From: a virus
Taxonomy: Duplodnaviria > Caudoviricetes
Length of the DNA: 64,000 nt
Strand: one strand, 5' to 3'
Virus record (IMG/VR): IMGVR_UViG_2833778570_000001
Location: 1-64,000 of that record
This document shows, piece by piece, positions 54,874 through 64,000 of this stretch. The notes below the pieces were generated by a model. It was not told the DNA's origin. It ran no database searches and saw only the letters and a program-made list of their open reading frames with translations. Both the position numbers and the translations under genes were made by a program. The stretch's first letter is position 1, and the number at the start of each line of letters is the position of its first letter.

Positions 54874-55626
54874 CTACTTCAACTCGGCCAACCCCTTCGC
54901 GATGCGCTGCGTAGAGGAGAGCTTCTCACTGCCGGGCGTCCCGCCCGTTTTGCCCCCCGGCGGCGTCCCGCTGCCGGAGGAACCCGAGCTTTCGAAGGCC
55001 CGGGCGAAGTCCGGATTCTTCTTGAGCTCCGCGACGAACTCCCGCGTCGTCACGTAGCCGCCCGACTTGTTGACGCGAGGCTCACCCTTCGCGTCGACAA
55101 TTCGAGCCAAGAAGTCACCGTCTTCCTCAATCACTTTCACATAACGCTCGACGTAAGGCAACAGCAGCGACGTGCTCCCCTTCGCGTCGGCGATGGCGGC
55201 CAGCGCCTCCGCGTGCGCGACGCGCTGGTGGTACGTGGTGCGCATGCGCTCGATGGTGGACTCCTTCTCGGTGAGCGTCTTGGAGTGCCCGGCCTCCAGC
55301 TCCGCGCGCTGCTTCTCCCACTCGGCCGCGCCCTCCCTCCCCTTCTGCGCCTCGGCCAGCTGCGCGCGCAACTCGCCCACCTGCTTCTCCGCGTCCTCGG
55401 GCGTCTTCCCCAGCTTCTGGTAGCCGGCCACCTGGGTCTTCAGCTCCTTCACCGCGTCGCGCTCCTTCTTCAGCGCGGTGCTGAGGCTGGTGGTGTCCAT
55501 GCGCTTCGCCAGGTCCGCGTCGAGGAGGTGCTTCGCGCCCTCCCCTTCCCCCTTCGCGTACAGCCCGCGGAACTTCTCCGGGACGATGTCCAGCGTGTCC
55601 AACTCCTGCTGCCACTCGAATTCCAC
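54874..55626 (-). CDS. Capsid scaffolding protein
   Basis: Long charged coiled coil, Gly/Ser tail; GTG start. Confidence 0.8.
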   Translation of the reverse strand: MEFEWQQELDTLDIVPEKFRGLYAKGEGEGAKHLLDADLAKRMDTTSLSTALKKERDAVKELKTQVAGYQKLGKTPEDAEKQVGELRAQLAEAQKGREGAAEWEKQRAELEAGHSKTLTEKESTIERMRTTYHQRVAHAEALAAIADAKGSTSLLLPYVERYVKVIEEDGDFLARIVDAKGEPRVNKSGGYVTTREFVAELKKNPDFARAFESSGSSGSGTPPGGKTGGTPGSEKLSSTQRIAKGLAELK

Positions 55627-55655
55627 GTGTCTGCCTTTCTCGGCCCGGTGGCCGA

Positions 55656-56873
55656 CTACAGCTGTGCCTTCTTGAAAGCGGCGGCCTCGGCGGCGCGCAG
55701 CTCGTCCAGGGTGAGCGTCTTGCCGCTGGCATCGGTGAAGCTGCCAAGGCGGAGTCCTGCATCCCGGAAGAGGCGACCGCGCGCGGGTCCCAACACCTCG
55801 TCCTGGAAGCTTGTGGGCTGACGGCGCAGCCAGTCCTCGTAGGACAGGCCCTTGGGCGCGGAGCCGATGTTCTCCTTGGCCCAGCGCTCGCGGATGCGCT
55901 TCACCGCCGCGCCGCGCTCCTTCTCCGTCATGTCCTTCCAGGCCTCGCCAGCCTTGGACTTCGCCTCGGCCCGGAAGTCGATTTCCCGGTTCCGCCTGTC
56001 GCGCGTGTCCCGGACGGTGGGCCTGTCGCCCACGAGGCGCACTCCGTCGATGACGGGGATGGTCGTTGTCCGGCACCGGGGGTGGAAAGGAGGCCGCTTC
56101 CCTTCCCGCACGGGGAACTCCTTCCCATCCAGCGACATGCACAGCAGCGTGGTGCGCCCGTCCAAGGTCGCAACCAGACGCACAGCCGTCACGAGGTCGG
56201 CGTTGGCCCGGTACACCTCCTCCCGGGCCTGGGTGGCCACGTGGTTGAGGGAGGTACGCACCATCGCGTCCGCGCCCCGCCGGGTCACCTCCAGGACGCC
56301 GTCCGAGTAGGACGCGGAGCGAGTGCCCATGATGTCCCGGACGATCTGCGACGTCGTGCGCCCCTCCACCACGCCCGCCTGGACGGCGCGGTCGATGCGC
56401 ACCAGGTCCGCCTCCGCAATCCCCTTCACCCAGGACTCAAGGACGGCGCCGTTGAAGGGCCGCGAGAAGACGGCCGCCTCCAGCACCTCCGCCGTGGGCG
56501 CGGCGATGGAGACATCCACGATGAGCGTCTCCTCCAGCAGGGCCGCCTGCCACCGCGCCTCGTACGCCGCGAAGGAGGCAGCCTCCTCCTGCAGCGTGCT
56601 GGAGAGGGCGGCGTAGGCGCCGGCCCGGAGGGTGCGCACCTCGGACAGCAGCCCGGCGATGCGCTCCGTCGTCTCGCGGCCGGCGTCGTACCCGCCCGCG
56701 TCCTCAATGGTCTGGAGGCGCGCGGCGAGCTGCTCCGTGAGGCGCCCCTCCGTGTCGTTGAGGAGGCCCACCACGCGCCGGGCCACGCCGGCCTTGTAGC
56801 GCTCCAACTGGACGGCGTGCGCGACGGAGCGCTCCAGCAGATCCTCGTTGGCGGTGGGGCGGACGGTGCTCAT
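55656..56873 (-). CDS. Head morphogenesis / minor capsid protein (SPP1 gp7-like)
   Basis: VRTSLNH, ATLDGRTT..C..LDG, PPFHPRCR. Confidence 0.9.
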   Translation of the reverse strand: MSTVRPTANEDLLERSVAHAVQLERYKAGVARRVVGLLNDTEGRLTEQLAARLQTIEDAGGYDAGRETTERIAGLLSEVRTLRAGAYAALSSTLQEEAASFAAYEARWQAALLEETLIVDVSIAAPTAEVLEAAVFSRPFNGAVLESWVKGIAEADLVRIDRAVQAGVVEGRTTSQIVRDIMGTRSASYSDGVLEVTRRGADAMVRTSLNHVATQAREEVYRANADLVTAVRLVATLDGRTTLLCMSLDGKEFPVREGKRPPFHPRCRTTTIPVIDGVRLVGDRPTVRDTRDRRNREIDFRAEAKSKAGEAWKDMTEKERGAAVKRIRERWAKENIGSAPKGLSYEDWLRRQPTSFQDEVLGPARGRLFRDAGLRLGSFTDASGKTLTLDELRAAEAAAFKKAQL

Positions 56874-57037
56874 CGGGCACCACCCTGGCGTGCATCCGCG
56901 CCCAGCTCGATGAAGGCCCGCCGGGCCGTCCAGTCGTGCAGCGCGTCTCCCCATGCCTCGGGGAGCACCTCCATGAGAGGGTGGGCGACGACGTTGTGCA
57001 CGAAGCGCCAGAGGCGGGCGCGCAGGGCCGGCGTCAT
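56870..57037 (-). CDS. 55-aa His-rich hypothetical protein
   Basis: ATGA overlaps on both sides; HNVVAHPL...LHDWT. Confidence 0.65.
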   Translation of the reverse strand: MTPALRARLWRFVHNVVAHPLMEVLPEAWGDALHDWTARRAFIELGADARQGGAR

Positions 57038-58509
57038 GCAGCCCTCCCGCCGACGGGCAGCTGCTGGCCCTGCGGCACTTGGCCACCCGCTGCCGGCGCC
57101 GTGCGCAGGCTGCCCAGCGCGGGACCCTCGCTCGCAAGGCGCTCCCCGTCCACCTCCACGTCGAAGTCGGCCATGAGGACACCGCGGCGCTTGAGCTCCG
57201 CCAGGAAGGCGTCGCGGGAAATCTCCCGGGCCGCCCGCGCCTTGAAGAGGACGTCCAGGCCCTGCGCGTCGGACTCGGAGATGCCGAAGTCGGTGTGCAC
57301 CTCCACCTTCAGCTTCGCGTCCTCCACCTCCAGCCCCAGCCACCGGGCCGCGAAGTAGAAGGCCAGCTCCAGCGCGTCGCTGAAGGACTCCGCCATGGCC
57401 TGCAGCTCGGAGTGGGCCTGGGCGGTGTTGATGGACTTTTCGGTGGCCGTGGGAGTGCCGGAGCGCCGGACGAGGAGCTCCACGCCCAGCATGGCCATCT
57501 CGTCCTTCAGGTCCTCCAGGTCCTGCCGGCCAGCCGTGATGGCCGCGCCGGTGTGCTCCACGTAGTAGAACTTCCCCTGCGGACTGCTTGTGGTGAGGAG
57601 CGCGTGGGGCCCCACCGTCACCTTCCCCGAGCCTCGCCCCTCCCCTTCCCCGCGGTCCTGCTCCAGCCCCGAGGCCGCCAGCATGGGGAAGCGCGCCACG
57701 GTGAGGACGTTCCGCTGGTCGCTGGCGGACTGCCAGTGCTCCACGTTCTTGTCCGCCAGGTCCATCAGTGGAGGCTTCGCGGCGCACAGGGCCGTGCGCT
57801 CCCCGGCGTACCAGGTGACGAGGGGGATGAAGCCCAGCGTGTTGGGGCCGCTCGCTGCCTGCTTCCACTCGCTGGTGCCGCTGCGCTCGTAGACGGCCCA
57901 GGTGTCGCGCTCGAGGACGCGCACCCGCTCCACCTGCACCTCTTCGAAGCCGTCCCGGCGCGTCTCGCATTCGCGGATGCGCACGTGGGTGAGCACCTCC
58001 ACCCCGCCCACCGTTTCCGCATACGCGGCGATGAGGGACTCGGCGGAGACGTGCACGAAGTACGGGCGGAGGCCGGCGCGCTGCTCGTCCTCCAGCGTCC
58101 GCACCGTCTCCGGATCCACCACCGGGAAGTCCACGAGGATGTGGGCGAGGCCCTTGGACAGGCCATCCCGGAAGACGCCGCGGGCCCAGGCGGTGATGTC
58201 GCTGCCCTGCCTGTCCACGTCGTCCACCAGGACACGCAGCGGCTCGGGCGCGGAGTCGCCCAGGCGCACGGGCTTGGCGAAGGGCTTCGCGGCGAGGTTG
58301 CGCACCGTCTTGCCGAAGACGTTGAGGAGGACGGCGCGCGCCAGGCGCTCCTTGTACGCGTCCTCCTCCTCCGCGTGGTAGCGCGGCAGGTAGGTGCGGC
58401 CAGCGGCGCGCATGGTGCTGGTGCCGCCCAGGAGGGCCAGGACGAGGGCCCACGCGGGCTGCATGGCCCGGTAGGCGCTGCTGGGGGTGCTGACGTCGGC
58501 GGCACTCAT
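57034..58509 (-). CDS. Portal protein (DUF4055-like)
   Basis: YLPR...EE.D.Y..RL.RA, RPYFVH, IPLV, PPL.DLA.KN..HWQ. Confidence 0.9.
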   Translation of the reverse strand: MSAADVSTPSSAYRAMQPAWALVLALLGGTSTMRAAGRTYLPRYHAEEEDAYKERLARAVLLNVFGKTVRNLAAKPFAKPVRLGDSAPEPLRVLVDDVDRQGSDITAWARGVFRDGLSKGLAHILVDFPVVDPETVRTLEDEQRAGLRPYFVHVSAESLIAAYAETVGGVEVLTHVRIRECETRRDGFEEVQVERVRVLERDTWAVYERSGTSEWKQAASGPNTLGFIPLVTWYAGERTALCAAKPPLMDLADKNVEHWQSASDQRNVLTVARFPMLAASGLEQDRGEGEGRGSGKVTVGPHALLTTSSPQGKFYYVEHTGAAITAGRQDLEDLKDEMAMLGVELLVRRSGTPTATEKSINTAQAHSELQAMAESFSDALELAFYFAARWLGLEVEDAKLKVEVHTDFGISESDAQGLDVLFKARAAREISRDAFLAELKRRGVLMADFDVEVDGERLASEGPALGSLRTAPAAGGQVPQGQQLPVGGRAA

Positions 58510-59000
58510 TCCGCAGGCTCCATGCGGCGGATGGCCGCCTCACCGCGCACCGCGGTGAAGACGCTCGCCACCACGTGGCCCTGCATGGCGGACGGGCCGG
58601 AGAGCAGCAGGTGCAGCACCTCCGGCCGCTCGGCGTTGAGGGTTTCGCGGACGGAGGCCTCGTCGGTGCGCGACAGCCGGGCAGGCCCGCCCGGGTGGGT
58701 GTGCCAGTCGCCCAGGTAGCGCAGGCGCGGGCGCAATCGTTCGAGGAGGCGGTTGTCGTGGAGGCGATCCGCGTCGTAGCCCACGCGTCCGCGCATGGCA
58801 TTCCGCCCGGGGCCGGTGATGGCGAGTACGTGGGCCTCGCCGTCCACCACGGCGCCCAGCAGCAGGCCGCCCGTCTCCAGCGGGGCGCGCACCCGCGCCA
58901 GGCGCAGGGCCTTGGCCAGGACGCCGGGCGCCAAGCGCACGCGGTACCCGTCCGAGACGTAGAGGGCCGGCGCGGACGCAGTCGGCAGGGGGCAGGCCAT
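58506..59000 (-). CDS. Stand-alone JAB/MPN (Mov34) metalloprotease
   Basis: ETGGLLLG, ITGPG, YLGDWHTHP...LSRTD. Confidence 0.88.
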   Translation of the reverse strand: MACPLPTASAPALYVSDGYRVRLAPGVLAKALRLARVRAPLETGGLLLGAVVDGEAHVLAITGPGRNAMRGRVGYDADRLHDNRLLERLRPRLRYLGDWHTHPGGPARLSRTDEASVRETLNAERPEVLHLLLSGPSAMQGHVVASVFTAVRGEAAIRRMEPAE

Positions 59001-60556
59001 CACCGGTAGCTCCTCACCTGGAAGGTGGCCGTGCCCTCGCCGAGCATCAGCTCCGTCAGCGCCCACACCACCGCGTCCATGCGGTTGGGGCTCCAGTCCG
59101 ACTCACCCGGCACCCACGTCGTCTGCTCGTCCTCCAGGGCAGCGAGGCGCACCACGTGGTGTGCCATCCCGCGCTCGTAAAGGGCGGCCACCGGTGCCGC
59201 GCGCTTCGCCTTGCCGCGCGTGGCCGTCACCACCTTCACGGTGACGTGCTTCTTCATCTCGCGCGCCTTGGTGCGGACGTTCGTCTCCACCATGTCGCCG
59301 CCATAGTTCTTCTCGCCCACGACGGCGTCCGCGCGCTCCTTCTCGTAGAGGGCCAACGCCTTCGCCGCCCAGCCCTCCGCGGAGTACTTCCCCGAAGCAT
59401 CCAGCCACACGTAGGCGTGGCCGTTGCTGGCCTTGCCGGCGCAGACGATGCCCACCTCGTCGTTGTCGGGCCCGTCGCCACCGGCCGGATCCACCGCCAC
59501 CACCACGCGCACCATGGGCAACGGCTTGCCCTCGGCGTCCTTCGGGAGCTCGGCGCGGCTGTTGTCCAGCAGCTCCTGAGTCCACAGCGCGCCCACCGCC
59601 GCGGCCTTGAAAGCCTCCTCCACCGTCGCCGGGTACTCGCGGCGGAAGTCGTGGATGCCCTTCTCGTAGACGGAAATCTTCGCCCGGCGCCAGGCGAGCT
59701 GCGCGTCGGCCAGCTCGAAGCCGTGCGCCTCGCGGCAGAGGGCGGCGTACCGTTCCTCCTCGCTGGTGCGCTCGAAGCCCGGCGGCACCTCGCGCCGGTA
59801 TTCCTCCTGCCAGAACCACGGGACGAAGATGAGCTCGAAGTCGTTCTCCCCCTTCTGCGCCGCCATGCACAGGTGGTGGAAGAGGCCCTGGGGCCCGTCG
59901 CTGGTGCTCTCCAGAATGACTTCGGTGCCCGGCGCCGTGGGCACGCCCTCCATGACGCCGCGCATGTGCGTCGCGGCGTTCGGCCAGAAGGCCACCTCAC
60001 TGCCGTGGAAGTACTGGATGGTGGAGGAGCGGCCCGTCCCCTTCGCGCCCGCGGTGCCCACTTTGTAGCCGGAGGACAGCTTGTCGAAGAGGAGCTCCTT
60101 CGCGTTGGAGGCGCTCGTCGAGGGCTTCACCAGGGCCGGGACATGGTCGTGGTACCGCTTCGCCATGTCGAAGAGGTTCACCGTCGCCGCGTCCTCGTGC
60201 GTGAGGATATAGGCGCGCACGCCCTTCAGGTGGCTCACCTTCCAGTAGAAGCGCGCTTCCACGTACGTGCTGCAGCCCTGCTGGCGCCCCTTCAGGACGA
60301 TGGCGCGCACGAAGCCCCGGCGCTTCAGCTGCGCCTCCAGCCGCTCGTGGATGTACAACTGCGCGCGGTTGAGCTTCAGCGCCGGCAGCTCCCCGCCCGT
60401 CACCTCCTTCGGGCGGATGCGCAGGCACCGCGAGGCGTAGTGCGGGAAGTCGTCCTTCAGGCGCTGGCGGATCCGCTTCTCGCGCGGGGAGAGAGGCTTG
60501 CGGCGCGCCCCTTGGTGGGGCGGCTCGGCCGCACGGCAACGGGCGCGGGCGCTCAT
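59000..60556 (-). CDS. terL: Terminase large subunit
   Basis: LKGRQQGCST Walker A, HGSEVAFW, ILEST, RuvC-like VAVDP...DEVG...DAVVW. Confidence 0.95.
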   Translation of the reverse strand: MSARARCRAAEPPHQGARRKPLSPREKRIRQRLKDDFPHYASRCLRIRPKEVTGGELPALKLNRAQLYIHERLEAQLKRRGFVRAIVLKGRQQGCSTYVEARFYWKVSHLKGVRAYILTHEDAATVNLFDMAKRYHDHVPALVKPSTSASNAKELLFDKLSSGYKVGTAGAKGTGRSSTIQYFHGSEVAFWPNAATHMRGVMEGVPTAPGTEVILESTSDGPQGLFHHLCMAAQKGENDFELIFVPWFWQEEYRREVPPGFERTSEEERYAALCREAHGFELADAQLAWRRAKISVYEKGIHDFRREYPATVEEAFKAAAVGALWTQELLDNSRAELPKDAEGKPLPMVRVVVAVDPAGGDGPDNDEVGIVCAGKASNGHAYVWLDASGKYSAEGWAAKALALYEKERADAVVGEKNYGGDMVETNVRTKAREMKKHVTVKVVTATRGKAKRAAPVAALYERGMAHHVVRLAALEDEQTTWVPGESDWSPNRMDAVVWALTELMLGEGTATFQVRSYR

Positions 60557-61152
60557 TCCAGCTCCCCCAGCGCGTCCTCGTGGCTGAACTGGACGGTGGT
60601 TTCCACCTTGTCGACGAAGAGGCGCAGGTGCTTGCCCAGCAGCTCCAGCGACTTCGGCTTGTCCCACAGCTTCACCTTGGCCACGGTGCCGATGGCCTCT
60701 CCGTCCACGGTGAGCTGCTCCACCTCGATGGAGGAGATGGCCCGGCGCAGGTGGGCCGGCATCTCCTTCAGCGGCAGCAGGGCCCCCGTGGGGCTGAAGG
60801 CGTCGCCGATGTCCGTCCGGGCGATGAGGAGCAGCTCGCGCAGGACGTCGTCCGCCTTCACCTCGACGCGCTCGGCCCGGGCGGCCTTCGCGGCATCTAC
60901 CGCCGCCCGGACCTTGGGATTGCTTAGCAGCTTCGAGGCCGTCACCTCCGCGGACCGCTCGGAGTAGCCAGCGCGGATGGCGGCCTGCTTCCCGTTGAGG
61001 TCGACCAAGTACTCCTGGACGAAGCGCTCCTGGTTCGCCGTCAGCGCCTGGGCGCGCGACTCACCCGCCGGCGTCTTCCGGCTGCGGCGCGTGCTGAGCT
61101 TGCGAGGAGGCGTCCTACCCACGCCGCCGAGTCTCCGGTGTCGCGTGGACAA
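60553..61152 (-). CDS. terS: Terminase small subunit
   Basis: LTANQERFVQEYLVDLNGKQAAIRAGYS, KVKLWDK..SLELLGKHL; start approximate. Confidence 0.92.
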   Translation of the reverse strand: MSTRHRRLGGVGRTPPRKLSTRRSRKTPAGESRAQALTANQERFVQEYLVDLNGKQAAIRAGYSERSAEVTASKLLSNPKVRAAVDAAKAARAERVEVKADDVLRELLLIARTDIGDAFSPTGALLPLKEMPAHLRRAISSIEVEQLTVDGEAIGTVAKVKLWDKPKSLELLGKHLRLFVDKVETTVQFSHEDALGELE

Positions 61153-61229
61153 CGTCCGGCTTGGGCGCGGGAGGCCGCCCCTTCTTCATGGGCACCGGGG
61201 CCTTTCCCCCGGCTCACCACGGAGAAGTC

Positions 61230-61442
61230 ATGCACCTGCTCTATTGCCCTGCCTGCCGCACCCACCGACCCGCGGACATGCGCCACTGGTGCTCTGGCCT
61301 GGAGGAGCTGCGCCAGCGCGCCGAGCGGCTCAGGACCTGTCCGCACACCTACGCATCCCGGGTCCCGGGCACGCAGAACTGGCACTGCTCGGACTGCGAC
61401 TACCTCGGCCCGAGCCCCAAGGGGACCCGAGAGCGCGGCTGA
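61230..61442 (+). CDS. Small zinc-binding protein (70 aa)
   Basis: CPAC, HWC, CPH, CSDC; GGAG RBS. Confidence 0.55.
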   Translation: MHLLYCPACRTHRPADMRHWCSGLEELRQRAERLRTCPHTYASRVPGTQNWHCSDCDYLGPSPKGTRERG

Positions 61443-61447
61443 CGCCT

Positions 61448-61825
61448 TCAGCCCTGTCGCTCGAGTTCGTCGCCCCACAGCGCGAGCTGCCCTTCCGGCT
61501 CCGACCGCGTCCGCGGGGCGCGAGGGGTCGGCTCTACCTGGGCTGCCGAGGGCGGCTCCTTCAGGGCGTAGCCCTGGGCCGCCTTCCGGAGCCTGTCCTG
61601 GGCACGCGCGAACTCCTCCTCATCCCCGTCGCCCGCCTCCGCGTAGGCCAGGGCTGCGGCCGTCAGCCTGTCCCAGGGCGTGGCGTAGGGCTCGCGCAGC
61701 GGCTCCGACATGGACTGCCCGCGCCGCTGCCGCATGAGGTGCCCGTGGCAGCGCCGGTGCCTAGGCGCCCGGGGCCGGGTGCAGTCGACTTCGGAGCACT
61801 GGTCTGGGGAGCGGCAAGAGGACAT
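61448..61825 (-). CDS. Hypothetical protein with an N-terminal C-x4-C...C-x2-H motif
   Basis: CSEVDC...RCHGH; duplicated at 63.7-63.9 kb. Confidence 0.65.
   Translation of the reverse strand: MSSCRSPDQCSEVDCTRPRAPRHRRCHGHLMRQRRGQSMSEPLREPYATPWDRLTAAALAYAEAGDGDEEEFARAQDRLRKAAQGYALKEPPSAAQVEPTPRAPRTRSEPEGQLALWGDELERQG
61595..61730 (+). repeat. 136-bp direct repeat, second copy at 63769-63904
   Basis: High identity; both encode QRRGQSMSEPLREPYATPW.RLTAAALAYAEA. Confidence 0.9.
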
Positions 61826-62004
61826 GGACGCCCCTACTGTGCCGCAGCCCCAGGCGACGTGCGAGAGAAGCGGCACTCCACCCTCGCTTTGGGCACCTCC
61901 GCCTGGTTCTCCTGCAACTGAATGGCCACGCACTGGTGGTAACATCCGATGGCTGCGCGTGGACCAGTGCCAGTCCCGCTCTCGAACTCGCCAGGAGGGA
62001 AGAC

Positions 62005-62811
62005 ATGAGCGCAATCCAACTCACGACGGACCGCGACTACAAAGCTTGGCGCGGCAAGAATACCGTCGGCTTCATCGCGAATATGACGAAGACGCGGCTC
62101 GCGTCCTACTATGTCATCCACAACATCAAGTGCACCCTCATCAAGCCGGGGTCGGCACGCTCAAACGCCCCTGGCGCATTCACCGAACGAGGCTATCTCA
62201 AGACGGTGGGACCGACGGTCGAGAGCGTCATCGACTGGGGGCATCGCGAGGGCTTTCCGTTCACATCGATGCGGCCATGCCAAGGGTGCCTTAAGGGCGC
62301 GAAGCTGCCCCTTCCAACTGTCGCATCGCTCTCTCGTCCTTTCGACCCGGCACGAATGCCGAAGGACTTCACGAAGGGCTCCGAATATGCGTCGCGGGAG
62401 GAGACCCTCGCCCTCCGCGAGAAGGCAACAAAAGGCCACCACGAACTGCTCGTCAATCTGCATAAAACACTGACGACATCTGACTGGACAGACCTGGACG
62501 AAATTCCGACTGCCATTGACCTCTGGGCTCGAAGCCCAAGGAGCCGAAAGCGCGTCATCTTCGAGGCCAAGACGCTAGGGAGCCAAGTGGACCAAACACG
62601 CTCCGGCCTCGCCCAGTTGCTCGAATATCGACACGTCCATGGGGCACCCGGGGACGATTTGTGCCTCGTCGTTGATGGACCACTTCGTGAAAAACGAAAC
62701 GAAATTCTAGCCGCCTCAGACATTTCCGTCCTTTGGCATGACGGACATCGATTCCAAGCCTCTGGCAATGCGTCCCGGAGCTGGCTGACAACCCTCATTA
62801 ACAAGCACTGA
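62005..62811 (+). CDS. PD-(D/E)xK nuclease with an N-terminal His/Cys domain (moron)
   Basis: HHELL, IDLW, IFEAKT, GLAQLLEY; GGAGG RBS; lower GC. Confidence 0.8.
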   Translation: MSAIQLTTDRDYKAWRGKNTVGFIANMTKTRLASYYVIHNIKCTLIKPGSARSNAPGAFTERGYLKTVGPTVESVIDWGHREGFPFTSMRPCQGCLKGAKLPLPTVASLSRPFDPARMPKDFTKGSEYASREETLALREKATKGHHELLVNLHKTLTTSDWTDLDEIPTAIDLWARSPRSRKRVIFEAKTLGSQVDQTRSGLAQLLEYRHVHGAPGDDLCLVVDGPLREKRNEILAASDISVLWHDGHRFQASGNASRSWLTTLINKH

Positions 62812-63163
62812 TGACAGACCAGTCCGCACGACCTCCAGACAATCCCTGTCCGTGCGGCAGCTCTGCTCCAGATCGGTCAGAGAGTTGCTTCAATCCTCCG
62901 TAGGTCAGCCCCGGGAAGCGCTCCAGGACGGCACGGCAGGTCCTCGCGTTCTCGGTGGCAGGCGCAGGGCGTCCTTGCTCACCGCCCTTCGTCAGCTGCG
63001 AATCCGGCAGGCAGGAGACGGCGACGCCATTCCGGTCTTGAACCACCCAGCACGTGACGCCGCGCTCGTCGTCGTGCCAGACGTGGACTTCGGAGTTGCT
63101 GGACGGGCGTCCATCCGGGCACCCCGTGAGACAGAGTGCGACCAGAGCCAGAGTGGCCTTCAT
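62798..63163 (-). CDS. Small lipoprotein, apparently fused to a duplicated 3' segment
   Basis: CLTG/C lipobox, HDDERGVTCW...SCLP. Confidence 0.6.
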   Translation of the reverse strand: MKATLALVALCLTGCPDGRPSSNSEVHVWHDDERGVTCWVVQDRNGVAVSCLPDSQLTKGGEQGRPAPATENARTCRAVLERFPGLTYGGLKQLSDRSGAELPHGQGLSGGRADWSVISAC

Positions 63164-63414
63164 GTCTCTTCCTGGGGCTCGGGCTTCAGAGGCACCGGCA
63201 GCGCGCCCGAGGAGGGCAGCGGGTCCAGGAACTCGATGCCGTTGCCGTGGAGGACGACGCGCCGCCCGCCCAGGCTCGACACGTCGATCTCCTGCCCCGT
63301 GGGCTTCAGGATGATGGTGCTCCACTCGCCGTTGCGGTGGCGGACGCCCACGAAGTGGGCGAAGTCCACGGTCTCCCAGGGCCTGAGTGAGGCCACGCGC
63401 TCGTTGGTCGCCAT
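63160..63414 (-). CDS. Hypothetical protein
   Basis: GAGG RBS, ATGA coupling. Confidence 0.65.
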   Translation of the reverse strand: MATNERVASLRPWETVDFAHFVGVRHRNGEWSTIILKPTGQEIDVSSLGGRRVVLHGNGIEFLDPLPSSGALPVPLKPEPQEET

Positions 63415-63459
63415 CCTCGCAGCGTCACCTGCGGCGTGGACAGGGTCCGGCGTTGGTCC

Positions 63460-63702
63460 TCATGGACCTGGCTGCGGCGGCTCCATCCCGGAACAGGCCG
63501 AGAGCCTCTTCGACCCGGCATAGGCGAGCCCGGGGAAGCGCTCCAGGACGGCGCTGTGGTGCACCCCTTCGCGGAGCAGCTCCAGCGCCTTCGCCCGCTG
63601 CTGGCGCCGGAGCCGCGCGGGCGTCAGCCCCTCCGGCCGGTCCGGACCGAGGTCTCGCGGATCCGGTCCCTCGTCCCACAATGGTTTGCGGCAGCAGGCC
63701 AT
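63460..63702 (-). CDS. Small HTH-like protein
   Basis: ALELLREGVHHSAVLERFPGL; GAGGGG RBS. Confidence 0.5.
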   Translation of the reverse strand: MACCRKPLWDEGPDPRDLGPDRPEGLTPARLRRQQRAKALELLREGVHHSAVLERFPGLAYAGSKRLSACSGMEPPQPGP

Positions 63703-63717
63703 GCCCCCTCACCGTGC

Positions 63718-63912
63718 CTAATCCCGGGCCCGTCCGCACGGAACGCGCTGACAGCCACGCCGGGGGCGGTCCTGGGCGAGGGAGAACTCCTCCTCGTCTC
63801 CGTCGTCCGCCTCCGCGTAGGCCAGGGCCGCAGCCGTCAGCCGCTCCCAGGGCGTGGCGTAGGGCTCGCGCAGCGGCTCCGACATGGACTGCCCGCGCCG
63901 CTGCTTCAGCAT
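63718..63912 (-). pseudogene. Truncated copy of the 61448-61825 gene
   Basis: Similarity ends abruptly after AQDR. Confidence 0.55.
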
Positions 63913-64000
63913 TGCATCGCACGCTTCGGCCCCAATATCCGAACAGACCCGACCCCTTTCCAGTCAGCCACGCCGCGGAGAGGCCCGCCCCTGGAATGCC

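Larger units (their letters stand above)
1..64000. mobile_element. Temperate prophage (siphovirus-like, lambda-type tail tip), extends beyond the window
   Basis: Integrase/excisionase at the left, complete head-tail-lysis gene order on the - strand; no host housekeeping synteny anywhere in the window. Confidence 0.95.

Overview
The whole window is one temperate siphovirus-like prophage in a very GC-rich host, most likely a myxobacterium (inferred from the VegA-like gene, Cys-rich and RCC1 lipoproteins, and a SitA-like toxin). Left to right: tyrosine integrase and excisionase (-); a divergent control region near 3.3-3.6 kb; an early rightward operon (Sak4-like AAA ATPase, SSB, VegA homolog, dTMP kinase, ParB-like domain); an approx. 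11 kb cargo region (PIN pair, repeat-bracketed cassettes, surface lipoproteins, two toxin-immunity pairs); then a leftward late operon from terminase through portal, capsid, tail tube, frameshifted tail chaperone, tape measure, lambda-like M/L/K/I/J tail tip, tail fibre and lysis genes. Lower-GC morons interrupt the late operon (Mrr-like nuclease, IS4 element, PLD nuclease, GGDEF protein, fibrinogen-like and tail-collar secreted proteins, lipoproteins). No replication gene or att site is visible; they probably lie outside the window. The most unusual signal is two paralogous C-terminal Hint (intein-like) domains, one on the ubiquitin-fold tail protein gpI and one on the tail fibre, in a phage that also carries a stand-alone JAB protease between terminase and portal. 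All family assignments come from motifs read by eye, not from database searches.
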